Shown one piece after another: positions 11,892-23,168 of a stretch of DNA of 64,000 nucleotides (position 1 is its first letter; every line of letters begins with the position of its first letter). The DNA lies in contig CM119264.1 of the NCBI GenBank assembly GCA_051294375.1, positions 31,314,135 to 31,378,134 of the forward strand, given 5' to 3'. Source of the DNA: Paraspadella gotoi (Eukaryota > Animalia > Chaetognatha). The notes under the pieces were generated by a model that made no database searches, was not told the origin of the DNA, and saw only the letters and a list, made by a program, of their open reading frames with translations. A program made the translations under genes and the position numbers.

Positions 11892-14800
11892 GTATCAAGA
11901 TGAACTCGGATTTTAAAAAACGTTCACACAGGTGATCAGACCTATGCTTACTTCTAATTAAAATAGGTTTTATTAAATTCGAAGATCGCAACATGAGAGA
12001 TCCCGGTCGATTTTATAAGCGGTCGAAAAATATGCAAATTAGCTGAAATCATCGGACGTTCGAATCGAACCGACTGGAATATTGACAAAGTTTTAATGTT
12101 TTAATAAGTCTGACTCATTGTTTTCTGATTAAATTCATTTAAGAAATGTGGTAAATCATAATAATTTTCTATTAATACTATATATACTACAATTTTATAC
12201 ATTGTAACATGATAAAAAAGACAATTTGTAAAGGATTAAGTTACATTTCTAAGATTTTTCCATAATAGAAACGGAAATTCTATGAACCATGATAAAACGA
12301 ATGTATTAATTTTAATTTAACTAATTACATACAATGAAAATTAAAAATGCCTGCCTTTGGACGGCTACCAAACTTCTGGACTATTGAGCTTGGCAGGGGT
12401 TTAGGGTCGCTTGCCATCTGGATAGAACTAGTTTAATCTATAACTACTGCAGATGGCCGTTGTTATTAAGAGAACTAATTAGGCATTTAACTTTTAACTA
12501 CTTAGCGACCCCCATCACCATAAAAAGTACAGTAATCAATATTGAAAGCTGTATTTAGCAGTATTGACATAAAATGGAACTCTGTCATATTAAAACACCA
12601 GGATAAGTTCTTAAGACTTGATCACAGGCAGCTTATTGAAAAGGCCATGCAAGTCACTGTATCACAGGCTGCTCTCTCCATCATACTAAGCGCCATGCGA
12701 CCCCGAGGTAATACAAGCTGCTTTATCAAAAGCACCAGCATACATACTCTTATAATCACAGGCTGCATAAATAAATGCGCCTTAAATCTCCCCCGAGGTC
12801 GATCACAGGCTGCTTTCCGAGGAGCGCCATGACAGTAAAAAGTTACGGTGTTTCTTTTAATAAACAGGTAGTATAAAGATAATTCTTTAAGAATGATTAA
12901 TGCCTTTTAATACAGCGTCCAAATCTTCATGATTGTTAACAATAAATATCAAGCTTCCATTAAGGCTACTTTCAGTTACAATGGGTGGAAATGGAATTAT
13001 ATTTTCATGATCAACCTCTATTCCGTTGTCCTCATCTGGAGGAAAAAACGCTACTCGATTTTCACCCATTCGTCCAGGAACTGGTTTGAAGAGGCTGATT
13101 TCAAGCTTCCTAGGTAAAACTTTATCGATCATGGCCAATACCCAAGTAATATTTGAATTATTATTCAAAGCAAAAGCTACGAATTCCGATGTGACATATT
13201 CCTTCTCACTTGGAATAGTAATTGGACTGTGAAATAAATCAGTTGTATCTGACAGCATTTTATTTTTTTCTTCATTGGTTGACTTTTGACTCTCGTTGTA
13301 CACGAAGGGAATACCAGCTGCTTCTACTGCCTTGTGAATCGCCCCACGTATTGTATCAGATGAAACGTCCGCAACTGCTAAAATATTTGAAAATAAAGAA
13401 ATTAAATTTTCAGCATACTGCATAGCAGATAGATCTTTATTGGTTGTTCGATCACGTATTCGAAAAACGACGTCGGTCTTTGCTTTTTTCGTCAATGATT
13501 CCCGAGCGTAACAAACTTCGGTTTTGAGAGATTTTTTCATTGCTGCTTCAGTTACGTTTTCACGTTTGCACCTGTCAAGAAAAGAAGTAACATCAGAGGG
13601 TTTTGAAAAAGGACCATTGTGCATCTTGCAATTTTCTAATAGGGCAAGTCTTTTTTTCTGATAGGCACAAGCCTTTCCTTTGAGAGCGGAAACCATATCC
13701 CTTTTTTTATCTTTCTGCTTTTTATCAAACTCATTTTGAAGGTCATTTATTTCAGATTTAAATTTTTTTGCGTCTCGAGCTGTCCCTGTCCCATAAACCA
13801 TTTTACCGCTGCTCTTAAGTACAATATGATTTGAAACTAATCTTATGCTGGAGGTTCGCAGTCGCGTCAGAAGTTGATCCACAAAACCAAATTGATTTTC
13901 CGACCGCATGTTCGTGACGGGTAATTTTTTTAAAGTTGATGTCGAAATTTTTGTGGAATCTGAAATGATAAAAAATATATACACAATTTAAAAAAAATAA
14001 AAATACAGGACTGCATATAACATTATCAACATCAACTCATGGCCCTAAAAACGTACCAGCAGTGATATCACTAGTTGAAGAGAATCCATATTCATTTCCT
14101 CTTTGACGCAAAAGAGTACTTGCGCAATGGTGACTGAACAGCCCAATAAGGTTTTGTACGACCTCTATATTTTCATCTTCAAGGTCATCGATCTCCGCCT
14201 GTAAAATATTTAGCCAACGTTTTTTAAAATGTTTTTTTTCCAGAACCTTTTCCTTATGCTTTTCCAAAGAAGGAATTGCGGATTGTTCAATATCAAGTGC
14301 TCTCTTTGCGATATCGTTGTGATTTTGTAACTCTTTAAAAAGAAGGGGAAAAGCATGAAGTAAGTCAACATGGTTTGAATTTGTTACCAAATGTATGAAG
14401 GGCTCAATAAGATGAATTCCCATAAGAGCGAGGGCGATGATAATGTTTTTTACCAATTGACATTCCATTATTGTCCTGACAAAAAGAATAAGATCGTTAC
14501 GGTAATCAACCCTTTCACATAAGTTCAAAACATCTTCCCAATGATAAATAACAACAATGGCTGCCTTTTCTAAGGCGCCAAATCGATGTGCTCTAAATGA
14601 AAACGAATCATTACATTTATTGCTCTCTTCTAAAAGCATAGAATCAAATTCCTGTTTTAGATTATAGGGTTTGTGCTGAAATTGAGGAGAAATGAGTTTA
14701 AGGATTGCAACAATACATGACTTCGAAACATTAGTAGAGTCATGACATTTAGCTGAACCATATAATTTTTCGGGACCAATAGTCTGCTCAATTCCTGATA

Positions 14801-16998
14801 TAACTTTTAGTTCAGTCTCGGTAAATCCTAACACAGTATGAAGAACGCATTTTAAATGAATTGGTTCGTAATCTGAAGAAAAGCGATTTTGTAAAACATT
14901 TATAAACTGGTTCATTTCACTAGCGCTATCTGTCATGTAGGCAGTTATTTTTTCAAAAAATGAAACAGCAGGAACCCCGGTAAAAATTGACATACGTTTG
15001 TAAATCAGTTCAAAAACATCTGCCACATCATCTTTTGTCTCAGAACTTAACTTTTGGATAGGAAGATTGGCATGCAGATTGTCTCCGATTGTCAATGGCG
15101 CCGTAAATATTTTTCCCGTCATCGGTCGTGTGGTCGAGTCCCCATGATGTGTAACAGGTTGATCTTTCACATCCAAATCCAGGATAAGCTGCCCAATTTG
15201 TTGTTCCGCCGCCAATGCATAATTCTCTCGCATTTGATTGAGTGCAGTTTCTGAAGGTAAGACAAAATTGTAAAAGTCTTCTGGAAGTGATTTACCTTCA
15301 GATTTAGCTTTTTCTTTTTCTCTTTTAGCATCTTCTTCAGTCAGCCAATTTACTCCTAGGATATGCTTGGCAAACAGTTTTGCAGCTTATATCGCTTGTC
15401 GGTTTGAAGCAGAACCATCTGCAATAAAGTTAACCAAAAAATCATAAACTTCATCACGAATGTTATGATATGAATCTCTAACTTGCAGAGTCTCATTTTT
15501 TACCAACGGTATTTCTCCATTTTCCTCTAATCGTCTTTTACGATTCCTTGTCAAAACAATCTTTTCATTTTCAGACCTTATAATAGATTTCTTATCTGAG
15601 GTGTCGTCAAGATCTCCAAGAGCCTCTTGAATTTCTTCTGTTGTTGCTGACGAAGAAGTTGCTTTTTCTTCTTCCCATTGACGTTGTCGGTTCTCAAGGC
15701 GCTGCTGTTTTTCCATTTTTGCCTTTTCCTTTTGAAGTTTGGCCTGGTTTTGACGAACCCAATTTCGGTCAACTCCGGCAACTGTCATCTTGAACTTGCG
15801 GGAGACCTGATCTTGATATAAAGCTTTCTCATCATCACCGTAAACAATCCCAGTGTTTTCTTCATATTTTGGAATATGCTTATCAGCTAGCTTAATATCA
15901 AAAACATTTGCAAACTCAGCCACTAATTGAGTCAAAGCTGTTTTATAAGAAGGTTTTTCAACTGTTTTTTTGCAATTTTTTTGTTTATGTATTTTAAAAT
16001 ACTGACCTAATAAAGTATCTATTTTACGGGCCACATTAACTAAAGATATAGATGGAATGTTACCTCTTTCCCAAATTTCAACGATCTCCTGAGAGATTTT
16101 CTTGATGGCTACATCTTTTTTTTTCTTACCAGTTTCCCCGCGCATGACATGAAGATAACGACCTATGACCTGCTCGTTAAGAGGAAGAATATTCTTATCA
16201 CAGGAAAACTCAGCAATTTCCACAACATTTGCTTCTCCAAGTTTGTGTGTCGTTTGTGCCTTCGTTGCATACATAAGTTTAGGAGGCATTTTGCCTTTAC
16301 GGACCACCAAAAATGAACAACCGCTTTCCTTAAAAATAAATAATTTGGCTAAGATTAACAGCATATCATTAGTTTATTTATTAAAAAAAATTACTAACCG
16401 TAAAATCTGGTAACGTAACGTAAACAAATTTTCGGAAAACAAACTGTGATTTCGTGGCCGCTGATATGAATTAAAAATATCTGAAAGGTAATAAGTCTGT
16501 TCCAAAAACAAATAGTTATTTATACAAGAGTTCGAAAAGTTTTTTGTACTGCAAGCTAGATAAAATAACAGAAATTAGAATTTTTTAAAAAATACTTGCC
16601 TTGACTGTCTTAAACTCGAAAACAATAACTCAAATCATACCAAAATGACAATCTAGCTAAATTTTAATTCAAATTTCAACTTTTTAACTAAATAACATTG
16701 AGATTATTCCCTAAAATCCACGGAAAACTAACACTTTCGCAATATTCGTTAGTTAAAATTATGTTGCCGTCGAAGAAAATCCTCCGAAATCGGCTCGATT
16801 CCGCTGTTCTTTTGTTCGACTGGACAAGCCTTAACATTGAAAGTATACAAATTGACCGTCACACTCGCGGGATCTCTCATGCTCGACGCATTAAAATTAA
16901 ATATTTTTATTTTAAAATTATTATTTTATAAGTCTGATCACGTGTGCGAACGTTTTTTGAGAAATTCGAAGTATGTATATTATCATCTTTTGGGACTA
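11892..16998 (-). mobile_element. hAT-superfamily DNA transposon (hATm/hATx-like), near full length; left end lost in N gaps
   Basis: Subterminal inverted repeats at 11915-11945 and 16928-16958 match at 28/31 nt, and a second inverted motif CATGAGAGATCCCG lies at ~11993 and ~16867. The right terminus reads TAGTCCC on the - strand (TAG-type end) and abuts host sequence at 16999. It encloses a DDE transposase. Confidence 0.8.
12887..16289 (-). pseudogene. hAT-like DDE transposase (~1101 codons), exons 16289-14057 and 13959-12887, with one premature TAA at 15389-15387
   Basis: ORFs 15387-16364 and 14037-15233 are in the same frame and separated by a single TAA. A 97-nt phase-1 intron (GTACGT...TTTCAG, 14056-13960) joins ORF 12887-13984. 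Motifs: HGDSTT (D1), YMTDSAS (D2), CVLH (CxxH insertion-domain signature), TNMRSENQFG (E). The N-terminal LP..QVI...IWERGNIP...FDI...DQ pattern resembles hATm-type transposases (from memory). Confidence 0.8.
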
Positions 16999-17099
16999 AT
17001 CTTGGAAAATAAGATCTGAGAAATTTAGGATTTTTAACTATGAAAAACAAAGGTTAAAGCTTGGATCATAGAAATTATAGACTTGAACCTTGAAAAATA

Positions 17100-17430
17100 A
17101 TATTTGCACCTAAGAAAAAATATTTGCAGCTAAGAAAAAATATTTGCACCTTAGCAATTAAAGATTTGTTTCCTAAAAATTAAAGATTTGGTTCTTGAAA
17201 TTAATGATTTATTTATTAAAAATTAAAGATTTTTTTTAGAAATTAAAGATTAAAAATGTTTCTTAGAAATTAAAGTTTGCTTTTTAGAAATTAAAGATCT
17301 GTTTCTTAGAAATTAAAGATTTGTTTCTAAGAAATTAAAGATTTGTTTCTGAGGAATTAAAGATTTGTTTCGTAAAATTAAAGATTTGTTTATTAGAAAT
17401 TAGAAATTTGTTTTTTAGAAATTAAAAAAT
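17100..17430 (+). repeat. ~20-21-bp degenerate minisatellite (TTAGAAATTAAAGATTTGTTT)
   Basis: Direct reading. A related array at 11120-11185 and 11615-11800 indicates the hAT and Helentron-like elements inserted into this satellite. Confidence 0.75.
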
Positions 17431-17694
17431 TTTCCCTTAAGAAAAAAAAATAGAATCTTTCCTAATTGTAATTCGAGTCGTTGGATTTCTTTTCTGTTCA
17501 CCGATCGAGAAGGAATAATGTGAAGCTATACTTGTGATTGTGAAGCTTGACTTGTGATCGATTGAGAAATTGTGATTCTTGCTAAATAAAGGTCCTTCTA
17601 AGAAAATAGTTAGGATATTTAAAGTACTATTTTATATTAAATATACAATATTGGCAAGATTATAATATTTTTGAATAAAAAAAAATCGGATATG

Positions 17695-17895
17695 TGGATC
17701 CCCAACTATTTACTCGTCTGTGAGCCATGGAACGGGTCCTGGGCTTGGAACCAGGCTCGAGAGTGCTCAACGCTCAACGCTCTTCAAGGTGGTTTAAGGC
17801 CGTCCTCACGTTCCTTAATGAGCCACAGGGTCACTTAAATGGATCTGATATTTCTATTCGGGGCGAACCTCCGCAACGCCTTCTGCAGATACACC
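17695..17895 (-). mobile_element. tRNA-derived SINE-like repeat, copy 3 (most of the tRNA-like part deleted)
   Basis: GCCATGGAACGGGTCC.TGGGCTTGGAACCAGGCT and AATGAGCCAC.GGGTCAC are shared with 35281-35448. Confidence 0.55.
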
Positions 17896-18099
17896 GCGAT
17901 TGGGTTAAAGCGAATCGGAGAAGAAAAAGAAGATAACTTAAAAGAGGCGAGGGATGAAAGGAAGAGGAGGAGGAGGAAGAGGAGGCAGAAGAGAGAAGGA
18001 GGAAGAGAAGGAGGAGGAGGAGGAAGAGGAGGAGGAGTCGTAGTGTCGAAAGGTAAAGACTTATCATATTTCTTTGCTACTCGAATTTCGATGAAAGGA

Positions 18100-18174
<75 letters not shown>

Positions 18175-18914
18175 GCAAATGGTTTTTCCTTTCAATTGAT
18201 CGCCTCCTCCTCTCTCGTCGCGAAAGAAAAAAATCTTTTAGGCCTAAAAAGGAAAAAAAAAGGAAAAAAAGGGAAAAAAAAGGAGAAAAAAATATGTAAA
18301 AAAAGAAAGAAATAAAAAGAAAAAAAAGATATTTTGAATTCGAATGCAACTTTTTTCTTTCAATGAGAATAAAATCGCGAAATTCTGTGATTTGGATGCG
18401 AAAAAAAGTTTTTTTCTTTTTTTCTTTTTTCTTTTTTCGTTTCTCGAAACTTTGAGGCCGCAAATCGACGGAAAAGAACGAACGAATGAACGAACGAACG
18501 AATGAATAAATGAATGAATTAACAAAATTACGGTTAAATAAATGAACGAATGGCTTGATGAATAAAGAATTGAAATTATAAAGTATTACATGATTGGATA
18601 GTATCAATATAAAATATAATAAATGAATAGTCAAAAATGAGTTTAAAATGAATTAATTACATGTTGATTCTTGTTGAATTAACGCATTAATGAGAAAATT
18701 TTCAAATCGATTTGGTTAATGAATAAATTCATATATGAATGAATGAATGAAAAAATTAATCAATGAATCAAAGAATCACTTAAGAAATGTATGTTTATTT
18801 AAATTTGCGCTTGGGTGAATCAATGAGAAATTTAAACAAAGAAAAATTCAATGAGTGAGTGAATTACCGCGAAACACGTAATAACACGTTGCCCAGTCGC
18901 TCCCTGCATACAAA

Positions 18915-19125
18915 TAGCTATGCCCCATTTAGTAAAGCCTTCAGCTCATGACCACTAGGTACCGGGTTCGTTTCCAACCTGGAGCCTACCCTTTTGGCCA
19001 ACGTTAGACTGCAGTAAACCCCCTTAGGGGCGAGGTAAACCCTCAAACCAGGTTCCAAGCCCGGGACCCGTTCCTTGGCTGCCAGAGGGAGTTCAAGTAG
19101 TTAGGGATAGTTATCGCCTTATCTA
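18915..19125 (+). mobile_element. tRNA-derived SINE-like repeat, copy 1
   Basis: tRNA-like segment AGTAAAGCCTTCAGCTCATGACCACTAGGTACCGGGTTCG (B-box-like GGTTCG), followed by a conserved body GGTTCCAAGCCC..GGACCCGTTCC shared with two other copies. Confidence 0.6.
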
Positions 19126-20227
19126 CAAGTCTCACCGTTATTATGATGGCCTCATTTTCCCTAAGCGGCCCATTTCATCTTAAATTCAGAATTAGGTTTA
19201 GGTTTGGCTTAGTGATTGTTATGATTACATATTAAAGTTAGTGTACAAATAAAGATACTTTATTTATGAAAAACTACGATTTAATTATTTTAGAGATGAA
19301 ACGAAAAATTCGTTGGAATAGCAATTTTATTTTAGGGTTAGCAATTTTATAAAAAAGAAAGTCAAAATACAATGATTTAATTATTGAAAAAACGGACATG
19401 TTTCGGTACTTATTCAAACCTTCATTCAAAATTGAAAAAAGGGTGATGATTAAAGAACGAAAAAGAGAGGCTTTTGGAAAACAAGAAGATTGGTGCCTCA
19501 AAAATGACAGAGGATAACATAAAGAGAAAAAAGTTTGAATCTCAATGAGAAAAAACTTCAAAAGAAAATAAAGTTGAAACATTTGAAGAAGATTTTGATT
19601 GAGAAAAAGTTTGTAAGAAAAAATATTGGTTATTGGTGGAGTGGATAGAAGGTAGGAGTGGCAGGCTGGGGGTGATGGATGGCAAAAATGATGGCGGAAG
19701 TGATNNNNNNNNNNNNNNNNNNNNNNNNAAAAATTAAAAGTGAATTAAATTTTATTGAAAGATGATAAGTTTGGCTATCTGTTTAGGAGCAGTGATTTTT
19801 TAAAATAAAGTAATCTACCGCAAGACTAAGACTAATCCTTTTTCTTCTAATTTGATTACAAAATTCTTTGAAAAGTACCTTACTATAAAATTTTAATCAA
19901 AACTATTCTCTAAAATACCTCACTATGAAAATGTTAATCACAATTCAAAATTTGCTAATAACAATTTTTTTGTAAAGATACCTCTCTATGAAAATACACC
20001 TCTTTATATTCATTTTTTAAAATTCTTCATTCGCAAATTTGTCTTAAACACCTCTCTATAAACTTCTCTTTCAATTTGTCTTAAACACCTCTCTATAAAC
20101 TTCTCTTTCAATCTTCCATCCTTAAACTCCTTTTCTCTGCCTCAAATTTTCCGCTCAACTGATTCAACAACAAAGCAAAGATTTTCAAATTCACGCGAGG
20201 CGACGGCTTTCATGTCACCTGCGATCA

Positions 20228-20273
<46 letters not shown>

Positions 20274-20419
20274 AAGATGAAAGGAGGGGAAAGATAGAAG
20301 AAAATGAATAGATAGGGAACTAAAGAATGGGTTTAGCAAAAGAGAAAGAGGAGAAATAAAGAAAAGAGAGAGAGAGAGAGATAGAGAGATGGAGAGAAAA
20401 ACAGTTTATCATACAGAGG

Positions 20420-20670
20420 ATGAATAAAAAAGGAAAGTAGAGGCAGAATAAAAAAGGAAGGTAGAGAATGAATAAAAAAGAAAAGTAGAGGAAGAATAGA
20501 AATGGAAAGTAGAGGAAGAATAAAAAAGGAAAGTAGAGGCAGAATAAAAAAGGAAGGTAGAGGATGAACAAAAAAGGAAAGTAGAGACAGAATAAAAAAG
20601 GAAAGTAGAGGAAGAATAAAAAAGGAAAGTAGAAGGAAGAAAAAAGAGGAAAGTAGAGGCAGAAAAGGTT
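20420..20670 (+). repeat. ~24-bp minisatellite (AATAAAAAAGGAAAGTAGAGGNAG)
   Basis: About 10 tandem units read directly. Confidence 0.85.
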
Positions 20671-20789
20671 GAAAAATTATGTGGGTCCCGCCTTTTAAAA
20701 GGTTCCACCGAGAGACTGACATTTTGATTAAACCGGCGGAAAAAAACGAGGAGGAAACCTCACTGAATAGAGAGAGAGAGAGAGTGTGT

Positions 20790-20901
<112 letters not shown>

Positions 20902-21799
20902 CCAGTGACAATAAGTCTCTTTTCCCTCAAAAAATAACATTTTTATTACATCATTTTCACCTCCAATCATATTTTATTTTACATAAAAAAAGTAGCGATC
21001 TTTTCCACTAGAAGTATGGATGAAAAAGTATGGATTTTGCGTGTGGTTGGACACACGTGGCTCTGTTTGTGACTTGCACTCAAACGAACTTTGCCTCATG
21101 GAGATTTCTTTCTTTGTCGTCTTCTTTTCTGAGAACTTGGATAAAGAGTTTGCAGTAGGGTCTAGGGAGAATAACAAGAACTGTAATTCAAATGTGTTGC
21201 GCCGCAGTGATTGCCTTATCACGTGTATTTCTCGTGATATTACATGACGTGATATGGCATAATGTGACATGACATGACATGACATGACTACATGACTACA
21301 ATAACTTTCTTAGCCCGTGTATTTCTTACTCGCGATGAATCGGAATTTTGTTTATATTTTATATATTTGTGGCCACCTAGAAGTGTGGCCACCTAGAAGA
21401 AACCTTTGTTCTCAATCATTGCCCCTCAAGAGGTCGCCCCGATTGTTCCCTTTTGTTCTCTGACCCTTTTCTTTAATTCAAATCTTAACTGAAGATTTTA
21501 TACTGATTTCAGCTTTTGATTGATCAACTGGATTTTTACCCCGTTTTGTCTCACTTGATAATAAATGTTTTATTACAACATTAAACACTTCTTGCTTTTA
21601 TCAAAAATCTCTACAATGTAAATAAATACATTTGGAAGACTTGAATTAATCAATGAATCAGTTAGTCACGTGACTCACCTTTCCTGCTGCCAACAAGTGG
21701 ACATTAGAACTGTGTCACGAATTTGTCACGTCACGTCTCACGTTGTGGTGAATCCGGGCCGTGCCACACATTCTTTATATTCTTTATAGTTTTAGGATA

Positions 21800-21980
21800 T
21801 CCTGAAGGCGGTGCGATTAGTCCCTTAGATTTGATGTTTTTTTTACAACTGACTATATGCAAGTTATGAGAATTTTTATCTTAAGTGGGACAGACCGTCG
21901 GACAGACATACCGACCGACAGACCGACCAAAAAGTGACTTATAAAGTTGATCCGCGAGTACTCGCGGCGCAACTAAAAAC
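21800..21980 (-). mobile_element. Second DINE-1-like repeat family fragment; related sequence is inverted at ~30500-30590
   Basis: On -: TTTTAGTTGCG, hairpin CCGCGAGTACTCGCGG, then (GTCG/GTCT)n. The body GTCTGTCCCACTTA...ATAACTTGC matches 30503-30545. Confidence 0.45.
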
Positions 21981-22903
21981 ATTTTTTTATATAAAATTCT
22001 TTTCAGCTGTGACAGTGTATGCATAGAGATAGAGAGAGAGAACCGATTGACATTAAATTGAGAAAGTTAGAACTCGTCCAATTCAGAAAAAAAAAGGTGG
22101 GTGTAAAATAAAATGATTCCTTCATTATAACCGAACGTATTTCAGGTTACAAAAAAGGGAAATACATTTGAATTCTCATTGCATGATTCATAAACTCTTT
22201 AGTAATTAAATCAAGTATAACCAGACGAAAGAGAAATTAAAAGTTAATTAAAACTGTTATGTGTAATTGTGTATGCGAGCTGATTTTGAAACTCAACGAA
22301 ACATAAGATTCTGTCAAAAAAAATCACTTTGAAGTATTTATTGTATTCTCAGTTTCGTATTTTAAAGAATTGTCTTTTAAATCATCAAAACTATAATAAG
22401 TAATAAGAGAATCCCTTTCAAAAAAAAAGTTTTTTTCTTTTTCATACAAAAAACCCAACAACTACTTATTCCAATGTTCACGTCAGAACCAGGACTATTT
22501 AATACGTTGTTTCAAATTCAAAGCAATAAATTATCCTATTTTCCCGTCAATATAATTTGTTATTTAATTATCCGGGTTTATTCTGCTGCAGACACAAACA
22601 AACTCTGAGTAAAATGATCTTTTCGATCGAAGGTTAAACTAAAAACCTGTTCTTTATTGTTTAGTTTCGGTTCGTGTCAACAAAATTCGGTCATCGGTTC
22701 AAAGAAAAATTAAAATTCTTTGCATACAACGGATATTTTGGGTTTTTTTAGTTTTCGGTCTATTATTGTATAAATTACATTTTCATTTATCGGCATTGTT
22801 TTGCAGTTAATTTTCAAATTTCATAGATTTTTAATTTTTTAAAATTTTTTAAAATCTGTTTTGCTAACTTCAACTTTCCCAACTTTTTTGTGCTTTTGTC
22901 TCA

Positions 22904-22999
<96 letters not shown>

Positions 23000-23168
23000 T
23001 AAATTTTAATTGTCTTATTGCTCCGTAATTCACAATCGCACAGTTCGAAACCTGTCTGAAATTGAATACATGGTTTATCATTCGCGAAATAAAATAACGT
23101 TTTTCCTATTTTTGCATTTATTCATAGTATTTCAAAATATTAAACTAAAGAAAAAGAAAGAAAGAAAA

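Noticed and set aside
15387-15389. Programmed readthrough in the transposase
   Set aside because: TAA is the least leaky stop and no readthrough context is evident; a simple nonsense mutation or sequencing error is more likely.
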